From the NCBI GenBank assembly GCA_965222115.1, contig CBDCTJ010000007.1:800001-864000 (forward strand): a stretch of DNA of 64,000 nt. The letters run 5' to 3'. The translations under genes and the position numbers were made by a program. A model generated the notes under the pieces. The model made no database searches and was not told the origin of the DNA. It saw only the letters and a program-made list of their open reading frames with translations. This DNA comes from Planctomycetota bacterium (GTDB taxonomy: Bacteria; Planctomycetota; PLA2; JAEUHO01). How positions within the stretch are numbered: position 1 is the stretch's first letter; each line of letters opens with the position of its first letter. Shown in pieces: positions 27,707 to 37,147 of the stretch.

Positions 27707-27826
27707 ATGCCAGTAGCTCAGTTGTCGCGACACATGAAGGCATGCATCAGCTTCCCAAGCTCACCCTCGTGCGCCGCCAGGCGCTAGAGCAGATAGACAC
27801 GAGTCGGTTCGAATCCGATCAGGCAC
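27707..27826 (+). other. Interrupted/expanded tRNA-Gly-like sequence
   Basis: Blocks matching the adjacent tRNA-Gly in the correct order (GTAGCTCAGTTG; GCATCAGCTTCCCAAGCT; GTCGGTTCGAATCCGATCAGGCAC), separated by a 19-nt and a 41-nt replacement. Two acceptor mismatches and no CCA. Confidence 0.8.
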
Positions 27827-27902
27827 GCGCGAAATGGTTCACGATCATCTCACCGACCCCGACTTGACACGCTGCCGAGATCGATCTCAATGGACCGAGC
27901 CC

Positions 27903-27978
27903 GTGCCTGTAGCTCAGTTGGTAGAGCATCAGCTTCCCAAGCTGAATGTCGTCGGTTCGAATCCGATCAGGCACTCCA
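27903..27978 (+). tRNA. tRNA-Gly(CCC)
   Basis: GTGCCTG acceptor paired with CAGGCAC-T-CCA. Anticodon arm TCAGC-TT-CCC-AA-GCTGA. GGTTCGAATCC T-arm. 76 nt. Confidence 0.95.
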
Positions 27979-27979
27979 T

Positions 27980-28027
27980 CTAGTATGAATGCAGGCTAGT
28001 ATGAATGCAGGCTAGTATGAATGCAGG
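27980..28027. repeat. 16-bp perfect tandem repeat x3
   Basis: CTAGTATGAATGCAGG x3, starting 2 nt after the tRNA CCA. Confidence 0.97.
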
Positions 28028-28049
28028 TTCGCTCGTGCTTGACTGATAG

Positions 28050-28740
28050 GAGGCAACCTACACGGCTGGAGCCTGATTGCTCAGGCTGGAATGTGGCCTC
28101 TCAAAGCTGTACTCGTTTCTTCGGCGTGGATTGCGCTGCGCGCCCCCTTAAGCGTCTCAAACCAGTTAGCGTTTGAACACTCGTCGCGTAGCTTCCCGTT
28201 GAACGATTCGATGAAGCAGTTGTCCACGGGCTTGCCGGATCGAATGTAGTCAATCTTGATTTCGTGGCGATATGCCCATACATCGAACACGTTCGATGTG
28301 AACTCGGTATCTGTTGTCCACCTGCACGACTCGCGGAACACCGCGCTTCGCGATGATAGCATCCAGCGTGGCCGTCACGATTCGTGCAGGGATCGTCCGT
28401 GACACCTGCAAGGCCAGGCATTCCCGTGAGAAAGTGTCTAGAACGGTAAGTATCCGGGAACATCCGTCTACAAGTTGGTCCGACACGAAGTTCCTGATCC
28501 TGCGCTCGGTCATCCGGCTGGGTGCTATGGGTTTGATGCGACTGCGGCTTACAAGATTTTTTCACCGTTTGACGCGCACTTTTAGATTCTCTCCGCAATA
28601 AATTTGATACACACACTTGTGGTTTACGCACCATCCTTCTCGACGTAGCGATATGAATAAACGTCGGTATCCGTATCCTGGTCTGGATGCAACCAGCTCT
28701 TTCAAGCGCTGCCGCAAGGCACGCTGAGGGCCACGCCTGC
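28050..28740 (-). pseudogene. IS3-family (IS407-like) transposase OrfB remnant
   Basis: 'PGYGYRRL...GW.VNHK.VY.IY..ENL', 'RILTVLDTFSRECLA', 'VDN|.EFTS', 'GKPVDNCFIESFNGKLRDEC'. Internal stop and a frameshift. Boundaries approximate. Confidence 0.9.
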
Positions 28741-29104
28741 TTCGATACCGAATCGGGTTTCTCGAAAACCCTGTGCCTCGATAAGCACGTCGTTCGCTTA
28801 CGCGAATTTGGCTCTACGGCTCTTTGTGTGGGTCGTACATTTGCGATTTCTTGTCCTGCCGCCCCTAAAAGGGCGCGGACGGCAGGAAAAGAAATGAAGT
28901 TTGTTAGAACAGGCTGTCACAAGCTAGCGGGGTCGTGTGATCCCAGTTACCGAGCCGTTCAAGGGCGCCATTCTTCGTATTAGTGGCGTGTAGTTGCCGC
29001 ATCGGATTCAATCCGGTACTTCCGTGACCCACATGAAGAGCAGGAGACCCGTAATTTCTGATGTTTTTCGAATGTGCGAAGAGCGTACTTGGATTTAGCA
29101 CTGC

Positions 29105-30895
29105 CTATTCAAGAGTCAATCTCAACTCCTCCGCACTCCGCGGAACTTTCATTCTCGAAGCCTGAGTCATCTTCCCGCGAAACGCCCAAACGTATAAAGT
29201 TTTGGTTGAACTGCGTACCACCCACGTAGCGAACTTCCCATACTGATCAGTCCTTGCCCTCATGAGTACATCTCCCGCTTCCGATGTGAACACAATGTTC
29301 GCATGTGCGACAGGTCCAGATGAACCGACGACGGATCCGCGCAACCTTCTCATGGCGTCACACTTGACCGTACACAGCGTCTCGTTAGGACCTACTATCC
29401 TCGTCACCTTGCGCGCGCGAATAGGTGAGCGAGTGCGAACGCTGTAGATCCAATCTGCTGGCCGCCATACTTTTATCGGTAGGTCTTGAATGAGCATAGT
29501 GCGACTCAAGAGTCGGCTATTCGCGAAGCGGGCCGGGCGGTGAGGCCTGAACGCTACTTCTACTGCACCTCTGGGCTCATCAGGAGCTGAATCGGGGCGA
29601 AATGTGAGCGGAACAGCTCTACCGGAATCTGCAGATAACTCGCCAAGAGTCAGCGAACCGGGGCATTCAGCGACAGCGAAAATCCGGAATGCGACGAGCC
29701 CCGAATCATCTTCGAAGCGAAGTACGAGTGTGGAACCCTTGTCGAGCCCATGAACTCGCATGTGCCCTCCCGGGGAAATGACTGATTCCCCGAGGATCAC
29801 AGACTGACTACCGGGATTCCCCAGCACTTCCCAGGCGACTCGCTTGCGCCCGGTATCACTAGACACCAAGATCTCCATCGATCTCTCACGTCTTAGCTCG
29901 ATCGTTAACTCGTCTTTCCCCTCTCGTTCTTCGGCACGCTTGGATCCGAAGCCCGGTGCGCTAGCACTCACATATGTCGAACCGATTCGATCCTCAATCT
30001 GGATTTCTGCGATGCCGTGCGCATCGGCAACTGCATCCGACCATTCACGGCTCATGGTGTGGCGAATTCGCAAGCGTGCGCCTCCAATCGCTTGACCGCC
30101 TTCTTCGACCACGCGGATTCTCAAAGACCGAGCAGCGTAGAGACGCACGGTTATATCTCTCTGGACTAAGGGGTTAACTAGCCTAAACGCTGACTTGTAG
30201 TCGGGCGCATCCACATGGATCCTCACGTATGCTGGTGGTAGATTCCTCAGCCATACGGTTCCGTCTCCGTTGGCCGCCGCGCGCACCGCATTCCTCGACT
30301 CTCCCGTATGCCCACCGGGCGCCCAGGACACTGTAGCCCCTGCGATGGACTGATCGTCCTCGTCAGCAACGCGGATCTTCATACCTAGTGTGCAGGGTGC
30401 GAGGGATATCTCCAAGTTGCCAGCATGTGAGTTCAATGTACGTTGAGCGCGCCACACATCATCGCCAACCCTGTGCACCGCAGTGAGCGTGTAGAGTCCA
30501 CCACGATCAAGCCTCATGCTGAATCGGCCATCGGAATCGCACAGAGTCGTAATTTCGGATCGATCTGCTCTCAATGAGTCAAATGCGGCTACGGCACAAC
30601 CGACGGCCGGTGCATCATCGGCGCCATACACTATTAGGCCGGACAGAAGATTCACTGGAGCAGGCGGATTAGTCGGTTGCGCATCGGGCACCCGATCATC
30701 AACGGCGATCTCCTCAGATGAGGCCAGTCCTTCTAACTTCGGAAAGTCGCCTTCTGTGTCTGCAGGTTCGGTCGCCTTTGGCTCGATCCGATCGTTGAGC
30801 CGGACCTTGCCGATTCGCTCACTAAGATACGAGCCAAGTACAATGACCAGTATCAGGCACACTACTCCAACCAAAACCTGTCGAGGCCGTTCCAA
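29105..30895 (-). CDS. Membrane-anchored protein with carboxypeptidase-regulatory-like (transthyretin-like) repeats
   Basis: Repeated 'G.V......P..GA.V.......TD..G.F' units. N-terminal TM segment. Confidence 0.7.
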   Translation of the reverse strand: MERPRQVLVGVVCLILVIVLGSYLSERIGKVRLNDRIEPKATEPADTEGDFPKLEGLASSEEIAVDDRVPDAQPTNPPAPVNLLSGLIVYGADDAPAVGCAVAAFDSLRADRSEITTLCDSDGRFSMRLDRGGLYTLTAVHRVGDDVWRAQRTLNSHAGNLEISLAPCTLGMKIRVADEDDQSIAGATVSWAPGGHTGESRNAVRAAANGDGTVWLRNLPPAYVRIHVDAPDYKSAFRLVNPLVQRDITVRLYAARSLRIRVVEEGGQAIGGARLRIRHTMSREWSDAVADAHGIAEIQIEDRIGSTYVSASAPGFGSKRAEEREGKDELTIELRRERSMEILVSSDTGRKRVAWEVLGNPGSQSVILGESVISPGGHMRVHGLDKGSTLVLRFEDDSGLVAFRIFAVAECPGSLTLGELSADSGRAVPLTFRPDSAPDEPRGAVEVAFRPHRPARFANSRLLSRTMLIQDLPIKVWRPADWIYSVRTRSPIRARKVTRIVGPNETLCTVKCDAMRRLRGSVVGSSGPVAHANIVFTSEAGDVLMRARTDQYGKFATWVVRSSTKTLYVWAFRGKMTQASRMKVPRSAEELRLTLE

Positions 30896-31057
30896 GAAGG
30901 ACTCCCTTTACGGTATACGGACTGAGATTCCAAGGTCAGCCCAAGTTGAACGCACAGCGTCAGCGGTGGCAGAGCGCACATCTCAATCGTACTGAGGATT
31001 GCGGGGGAGGAAGGATTACTTCGCGAATTCAATCTACGAGAGCGTCTCGTAGGCATC

Positions 31058-31999
31058 TCATTCTCCGAGCTGCATCAAACGTAAAGTGGGAAGTCCTGAA
31101 ACCGCGATCAGAAGTGGTCGCACAACAGTTCGGAGAGATTTGACTTCAGAACTACCCGCACGAAAGGTGCGATCCCCATTTCGAACCAGCAACTCCTGCG
31201 TATATCCCGACTCAAGAACTACTGCTGGCCAGACACTATTTTCAGATTTGCGGTCCACAACGATCGTCACGTACGCCTCCAGACCCCTGCCGTCGAGTTC
31301 AGCTGAAATCCTAATTCGATGCAGTCGTCGCCCGGCAGGAGCGTCCGGAGCAGAAATCCTGACTTGGTATCTACTCTCCTTGATTTTGCTGTCCGCGTCG
31401 CCATTGTCTATTGGCTTGATGACAGTGAACGGGTCTCCGTGAATCCCCTTGATAGAGATTGAGCGTTCTGCAAAGATCGAGAATTCGACTGTGCTGACTT
31501 CGCCATCCTCATGTTCAATTACGCGTAGATGATCCGGGCGGACCATGAGTGGCATGCGTACTCTTCCTCGTAGCCGGACGATTGCCTCAACTCGACCCGC
31601 GCCTAGATTTACCCCTCGGATGACGTATGCAATGCGCCGACTTGTCCTGGAAACGTCAACCGTCACACTCAGGTTCATAAGTTCACCTGGCGTGAACTTT
31701 CCCACGGGCTGCGAAGTCTCTACGCAACCACAGCTTGCCACCCAACGATCAATTCTGAGGGTGCGGCCGGTGTCGTTTGTGACGCTGAAGGCCTTCTTGA
31801 GCACTGTCGGGACTGTATCGACAGTGCCGAAGTCGACATCTCGTATCGCCGGACGTATCTCCCCATTGCCGCCTGAACTTTCTAGCTCCGGGCCCTCGCC
31901 GCATGCAGCGAGTGAAGCCAGGCACATCCCACTCGCGAATGCGACGCGTCTCAGTGATCTTGAGGCCAAGCAGCACAATATGATAAGCATGCACAACAC
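31058..31999 (-). CDS. DUF1573 domain protein (probable lipoprotein)
   Basis: 'DFGTV...F.VTN.TG..L.I..W.ASCGC' DUF1573 motif. Lipobox-like 'LAAC'. Confidence 0.75.
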   Translation of the reverse strand: MLCMLIILCCLASRSLRRVAFASGMCLASLAACGEGPELESSGGNGEIRPAIRDVDFGTVDTVPTVLKKAFSVTNDTGRTLRIDRWVASCGCVETSQPVGKFTPGELMNLSVTVDVSRTSRRIAYVIRGVNLGAGRVEAIVRLRGRVRMPLMVRPDHLRVIEHEDGEVSTVEFSIFAERSISIKGIHGDPFTVIKPIDNGDADSKIKESRYQVRISAPDAPAGRRLHRIRISAELDGRGLEAYVTIVVDRKSENSVWPAVVLESGYTQELLVRNGDRTFRAGSSEVKSLRTVVRPLLIAVSGLPTLRLMQLGE

Positions 32000-32046
32000 G
32001 AGGGAGGCACACAGAATCAGCCTAAATGCATCCGGTGCCTCGCGAG

Positions 32047-32805
32047 TTAGAATGCCACCGCGGCCATCGGGCTGGGCGATCTCTGATCGCCCCCCAAAGA
32101 AGCAGCTATTCGTTTCGCTAGTTTCAGCAGGCCCAAAGAGGGCCCATTGGCGTCCCCATCAACGGTGCGAATATGCTTACCCCAGACCGTGTCGGGCGAT
32201 TTCCGACCGAGTATGTGGTCCGTGTTTGACGGTGACGTGAGATCAACAACCTTTGCACCCTCTGGTAGCGTTACAAGCGGTGTCGGATTCGAGAAATTTT
32301 CAGATTCCGGTGGCTTCAGACTGTGAGCGATGGCAAGCTCAATTGTGCATGCAGCCTGCCGCGTCGGAGAGTGGATCCGCAGCGTAGACACGGGGTGAAT
32401 CACACCCCTCAGAGAACCTATCAGGCAGCCTCGCAACAGAACAACGTTGCTTCCCGATTTCTCGTCGCGCTTGATGACAGAACACGGCAACCTCCACGGA
32501 CCAAGTGACACCTCAGCACCTGTACTCCGCAGCACCCCTCGATTCGAAGAGTCACGCGAAGCCCATTGCTTTGGTGCCTTATCCCACAGTGGCGTGGAGA
32601 GGCTTAGAATGTCAGCCACGGAAAGGAGGCGAGGTCCGAAAGGAGTTGCGCCGAAGGCGTCAACCTGGCATCGGCGAGCATTGCTCCTCATATAGAAAAG
32701 TGAGGCGCTCCTCGCATTCACGCTCGCCAATCGGTCGCGAACAACGATTCCTCTCTTTGACGACCGGGCCAACGGCTCTGGTATGGCGGATCTCGTAAAG
32801 GTCAC
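32047..32805 (-). CDS. Hypothetical protein, possibly a truncated island gene
   Basis: 252-aa ORF co-oriented with the other island genes. No recognisable motif and a weak start. Confidence 0.35.
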   Translation of the reverse strand: MTFTRSAIPEPLARSSKRGIVVRDRLASVNARSASLFYMRSNARRCQVDAFGATPFGPRLLSVADILSLSTPLWDKAPKQWASRDSSNRGVLRSTGAEVSLGPWRLPCSVIKRDEKSGSNVVLLRGCLIGSLRGVIHPVSTLRIHSPTRQAACTIELAIAHSLKPPESENFSNPTPLVTLPEGAKVVDLTSPSNTDHILGRKSPDTVWGKHIRTVDGDANGPSLGLLKLAKRIAASLGGDQRSPSPMAAVAF

Positions 32806-33217
32806 GTCGAGTACTAGGTTCCCCGAAGGTCACTTTGGATGTTCTGAGTATGGGCTCATATCGGAAGTACTTGAGAGTAGTAGCTATTCTTGACCTGGGA
32901 ACCGCCGACCTTGGAGATAGTCACGACGGAGTCGTGGCGTAAGGGGCGAGAGCCCCTTGAAGGAACGAGTCGGTCTCCGACGATTCCGTAGCGAAGCGTA
33001 GGGCGCGTCGGTTCGAATCCGATCAGGCACTCCACCTGACTACTGGGAGAGTTTTGTCGCGCGATCGCCGATCTACAGTCATGTTACGAGCAGCGACGAC
33101 CTCGGTTAGACGGTTCGTTGGCAGCAGGTGGCGCCGCACGTGGAACTCGCTAAGATCTGGCGAATGATGCTCGGCCCAATTCGACGCGATAAAACGCACT
33201 GGTATGGAGTCCACACT

Positions 33218-33979
33218 GTGTCTACGTTTCGATATCTCCCCATGGCGCTTGTCCTTTGCATTGGCGCGATCACCACTTCGACGCACGCGGGTGTGCTTGA
33301 AGATGTAAGTGCCCATACGACAAAGGGTCGGACAGTGTTCTTGGTCTTGACCGATGCTGTCGCGCTGAACCTCTCGCAGGCGCGTGCAACGGCCCGGGCG
33401 GCACAGCAACGTACGCCGAATAGCGCGGTCATTGAACTCAACCGCTCTGACCCTGCGCAGGCAGCGGCCGTAGCGAAGTATCGTGTGGCTGCGGCCCCGG
33501 TTCCACTTGTGCTTTGTGTGGCTTCGACGGGTGTCGGCGTGGGTGCGGTTCGACCCACGACGAAGGGTGCAGTTGCCAGGCTGGTTGCCATGGTTCCAAG
33601 TCCCGCGAAGGCCGAATACCAGCGCGTGCTTAGCCAGCGGCGCGTTGCCGCGGTTGTGTTTAGCCGCGCCACGATGAGAGAACAGCGTTCGCTGTTTGCG
33701 GAGATTTCGAAGATGTACGGCGTCCGCAAATTAAACATGACGCCTATCTTCGTGGACCTCGACGACGTACGCGAAGCGAACTGGATCAAGACCTGGAATT
33801 TGAATCCCAAGAAGATCAAGCGACCGTTGATCGTTTTCGTGAACCCGAAGGGTCAGATTATCGGTAAGCTTCGCGGTGCGCCGAAAGCCTCGCAGATTGT
33901 CCAGATGTCAAAGAAGCGCGTACACGGCTGCCAAGATCCCAATTGCAAGGACCCCAACTGTCGTCATCATGGACGGTAG
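33218..33979 (+). CDS. Secreted tandem thioredoxin-like protein lacking CxxC, with Cys/His-rich tail
   Basis: Signal peptide ending 'THA'. Two Trx-like units ('KYRVAAAPVPLVLCVASTG..VG'; 'PLIVFVNPKGQIIG'). Tail HGCQDPNCKDPNCRHH. GGAG precedes GTG 33218. Confidence 0.65.
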   Translation: MSTFRYLPMALVLCIGAITTSTHAGVLEDVSAHTTKGRTVFLVLTDAVALNLSQARATARAAQQRTPNSAVIELNRSDPAQAAAVAKYRVAAAPVPLVLCVASTGVGVGAVRPTTKGAVARLVAMVPSPAKAEYQRVLSQRRVAAVVFSRATMREQRSLFAEISKMYGVRKLNMTPIFVDLDDVREANWIKTWNLNPKKIKRPLIVFVNPKGQIIGKLRGAPKASQIVQMSKKRVHGCQDPNCKDPNCRHHGR

Positions 33980-34015
33980 ATGCGTTCGTAGATCCGCGGC
34001 AGAGGAGCCTTCATC

Positions 34016-35218
34016 ATGAGACTCGCCGGTGTCGCATGGAAGGAACTCGTCCATCGACGGTCAAGTTTGATCTCGGGCCTCATTGCCATCACGCTCGGCA
34101 TCGCCGTGATCGTTGGCATTCGATCCGTAACCACGGCCTCGAAACACGCCGTTGCTGTTCAACTGGATAGCCTGGGCGCGAACGTACTTGTGCTCCCGCA
34201 GGGCGCAAGCGTGGATGACTACCACACCGCAGATATCGACGCGCCCACGTTTCCCGAACACTATGTCGAGCGCATGGTGACGTCCGGGATTTTGGGCGTG
34301 GAGAACATCTCACCGAAGTTGACGCGACGTGTCCGCATTGGGGATATCCCCATCGTTCTTACGGGTGTGCTTCCCGACGATGAAGTCGCAACAAAGCCTG
34401 TATGGCTCTTGGATAGCGACACGGCTGCGCCCGAGCATGTGTGTAGTGGTAACTCGGGTACGCACGCGGACCCACGGCTTCAGCGCAAGCCCATCGACAG
34501 ATTGGAAAAGGGGCAGTGTCTTGTAGGTGCTGCGGCTGCGGAGCGGCTCAAGCTTGCGCGTGGAAAGGCAGTGACCGTCGAGGGCTCGCCGTTTGAGGTG
34601 ATCGACATCCTTGACTCGACCGGAACGGTAGACGATGACCGCCTCTTTGTGCATCTTCACGAAATGCAGTCGCTGCTCGACATCGGCTCGAACATTAGCG
34701 CCATCGAAGTGATGGGGTGCTGTAGCGAGGTGTCCGGTGGCATGCTCTCCAAGCTGCGCAACGTCCTTCCCGATACACGCGTGACAAGCATTTCGCAGAT
34801 CGTCTCGACGCAAGTCAAGACGAACTCGCTCATGGAGCGGCTGTCGTGGGGCATCCTCCTCATCGTGCTTATCGTTGGCGGTCTTTCCATCGGCAACTAC
34901 ATGTGGGCCAATGTCAATCAACGTCGGCGTGAGATCGGTATTCTCCGAATGCTCGGGGCGCGACGCAGCAACATCCTTGGCGTACTTCTTGCCAAGGCCT
35001 TGGTGTTGGGTGTGCTTGGCGGCGTGTTGGGCTATGCGATAGGAACAGCTTCCGCCATCCTCTTTGGGCCGTCTGTGCTTGGGCTTGAAGTGAGCGCGTT
35101 ACCCTCGTGGATCTTGATCTCTGTAGCCCTGGCCACACTCATTGCGGTGGTCGGTTCACTGCTTCCTGCTTGGCTTGCCGCGCGCTTCGATCCCAGCGCA
35201 AACATGCAGGAGGTTTGA
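34016..35218 (+). CDS. ABC transporter permease (MacB/FtsX family)
   Basis: 'LGANVLVLP', large periplasmic domain, 'NV.QRRREIGILR.LGA' and terminal 'PA..AAR.DP'. Contains 'IEVMGCC'. Confidence 0.9.
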   Translation: MRLAGVAWKELVHRRSSLISGLIAITLGIAVIVGIRSVTTASKHAVAVQLDSLGANVLVLPQGASVDDYHTADIDAPTFPEHYVERMVTSGILGVENISPKLTRRVRIGDIPIVLTGVLPDDEVATKPVWLLDSDTAAPEHVCSGNSGTHADPRLQRKPIDRLEKGQCLVGAAAAERLKLARGKAVTVEGSPFEVIDILDSTGTVDDDRLFVHLHEMQSLLDIGSNISAIEVMGCCSEVSGGMLSKLRNVLPDTRVTSISQIVSTQVKTNSLMERLSWGILLIVLIVGGLSIGNYMWANVNQRRREIGILRMLGARRSNILGVLLAKALVLGVLGGVLGYAIGTASAILFGPSVLGLEVSALPSWILISVALATLIAVVGSLLPAWLAARFDPSANMQEV

Positions 35219-35219
35219 C

Positions 35220-35939
35220 GTGCTGCTTACGACCCAAGGTCTAGGTAAGTGCTATAGCCGAGGCGACGTCTCCGTCGATGCACTAAAGAACGTGTGTCTT
35301 ACCATCGAAGAGCAGGCGTTCGTAACCGTCACCGGCCCCTCCGGTTCCGGCAAGTCCACGTTGCTTCTTACGCTCGCGGGCCTTTTGCGGCCGTCAACGG
35401 GTGAAATCCACTTTCGTAGTGAACCGCTGCACACGCTCAGCGACGCGGATTGGTCGACGTTTCGACGCACGAATCTCGGGTTCGTGATGCAGAACTTCAG
35501 TCTCGTCCCGTACCTGTCCGCCCTCGACAATGTGGCGCTTCCCATGGCCCTCGCGGGAAATTCAAAAGCGTTGCAGCATGAGCGTGCGCACGCTCTCCTC
35601 GAACGCGTGGACCTTGGCCCGCGGGCCGCGCACTTGCCGCGTGAACTGTCTGCGGGGCAGCAGCAACGGGTTGCGATTGCGCGGGCGTTGGCGAACAAAC
35701 CTGCGTTGGTTCTCGCCGACGAACCGACGGGTAACTTGGATCCTGCGTTGGCCAACGATGTGCTGGCGTTGTTGCAAGACCTCAATCGCGAAAGCGGTAC
35801 TGCGATTCTGATGGTGACTCACAGCCCCATGGCGGCCGAGGCTGGCACGTCTCGTATTCATATCGAACAGGGACAAGTCGTTGAACACCCCGCAGCCGCA
35901 CGAGAAGCGGATCCGGGTCCAATTCGCGTATTGCGATAG
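35220..35939 (+). CDS. ABC transporter ATP-binding protein (LolD/MacB-like)
   Basis: Walker A 'GPSGSGKST', signature 'LSAGQQQRVAIARAL', 'ADEPTGNLD', 'VTH'. AGGAGG precedes GTG 35220. Confidence 0.95.
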   Translation: MLLTTQGLGKCYSRGDVSVDALKNVCLTIEEQAFVTVTGPSGSGKSTLLLTLAGLLRPSTGEIHFRSEPLHTLSDADWSTFRRTNLGFVMQNFSLVPYLSALDNVALPMALAGNSKALQHERAHALLERVDLGPRAAHLPRELSAGQQQRVAIARALANKPALVLADEPTGNLDPALANDVLALLQDLNRESGTAILMVTHSPMAAEAGTSRIHIEQGQVVEHPAAAREADPGPIRVLR

Positions 35940-36160
35940 CGCACGTGTGGAGCACAACTGAATCTCTCATGACCTTGGTGTGCTACTTGTTGATACTTTC
36001 TTGGGCTTGAGTCCACCTCAAAGCAGCGCTTCGAGAGTCTCTTGCTCATCAAAGTCGATTCCATTGACGATTCGTTCGACGGTGTCTTTCGCGACCTCGG
36101 GGATTACGGAGATGACACCTTACACTTTGATCGAGTTTCCACCCGCGAAGAAGTAGGTGC

Positions 36161-36991
36161 GTGATGGCCTTCAACGATTCAATTCTAGACTCGCCCGACA
36201 TCGGCTCTGTGTTCGATGAGCTTCCATTTTGGTCTGCGCCATTTGAGTTGCTTTTGCTGGAACACGTCCCGCTTGATCGCGGCACGCGCGTGCTCGACGT
36301 GGGGTGCGGTACGGGATCAATCGTAATTCAACTCGCCGAGAGGCTGGGTGCCGATGCTCAGATCCATGGGATCGATTCCTGGGAGGCGATGGTTGAGCGT
36401 GCCCGATGGAAGGCGGCTGCGCGAGAATTGACGAATGTACGCTTCTCGTGTGCTGATGCAGTAGATATTCCACACGATGACAAGTCAATCGATCTTGTCG
36501 TGTGCGCGTTGGGCATCAATAACTTCGAAGATCCGCATGCTGTACTTGCTGACATGGTCCGCGTCATGCATCCGGAGGGAAGGCTTGTGCTGACCACGAA
36601 TCCCGTTGGGCATATGCGCGAGTTCTATGACATGTTCGAAGAGGTCATAGTCAGGCGTGGATGCCAACGGGTTGCAAGCACTTTGCGAAACCACGTTGCT
36701 CATCGAGGAAGTCTAGAGAGCATCACGGCGCTACTGCACGACGTGGGCTTGCAAGTGACCACGCGTCATTCGTCATCATTTAGGTTGAGGTATCTGGATG
36801 GCACCGCGTTCCTTCACAACCTATTTATTCACCTTGCGTTCCGGCTCGCTTGGCGTGAACTCCTGCCTCCCGACCAAGCCGACGCGATCTTTCGTGACCT
36901 TGAGCAACGCCTCAATGAGTACGCTCACAAGCATGGCGAGTTATCGCTCACGATTCCCATGCTGTATCTCGAGGCGCGTCGCCTTAGTTGA
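36161..36991 (+). CDS. Class I SAM-dependent methyltransferase
   Basis: 'VLDVGCGTG', 'GID', 'D.SIDLVV'. N-terminal 'FDELPFWSAPF'. Confidence 0.88.
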   Translation: MMAFNDSILDSPDIGSVFDELPFWSAPFELLLLEHVPLDRGTRVLDVGCGTGSIVIQLAERLGADAQIHGIDSWEAMVERARWKAAARELTNVRFSCADAVDIPHDDKSIDLVVCALGINNFEDPHAVLADMVRVMHPEGRLVLTTNPVGHMREFYDMFEEVIVRRGCQRVASTLRNHVAHRGSLESITALLHDVGLQVTTRHSSSFRLRYLDGTAFLHNLFIHLAFRLAWRELLPPDQADAIFRDLEQRLNEYAHKHGELSLTIPMLYLEARRLS

Positions 36992-37147
36992 TGGATACGA
37001 TTCGGAACGCTGAGAGAGATGACCCGTGGGTACGTTTCGTTTGGGAGACACACTGATTGGCCATTCGTCGTGGGCATCGCTACAGGGAGCCGATCGTCAA
37101 GTCCTTCGGTGACAAGTCACGACAGGCGGACGACAATAAGAACGTAG

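Larger units (their letters stand above)
27950..33034. mobile_element. ~5 kb genomic island integrated at tRNA-Gly(CCC), no integrase visible
   Basis: Exact 29-bp direct repeat CGTCGGTTCGAATCCGATCAGGCACTCCA at 27950-27978 and 33006-33034. The interior looks less GC-rich by eye and contains an IS3 remnant. Confidence 0.85.

Noticed and set aside
27980-28027. Mini CRISPR array
   Set aside because: The repeats are 16 bp and contiguous with no spacers. No repeat-spacer array was seen anywhere in the window.
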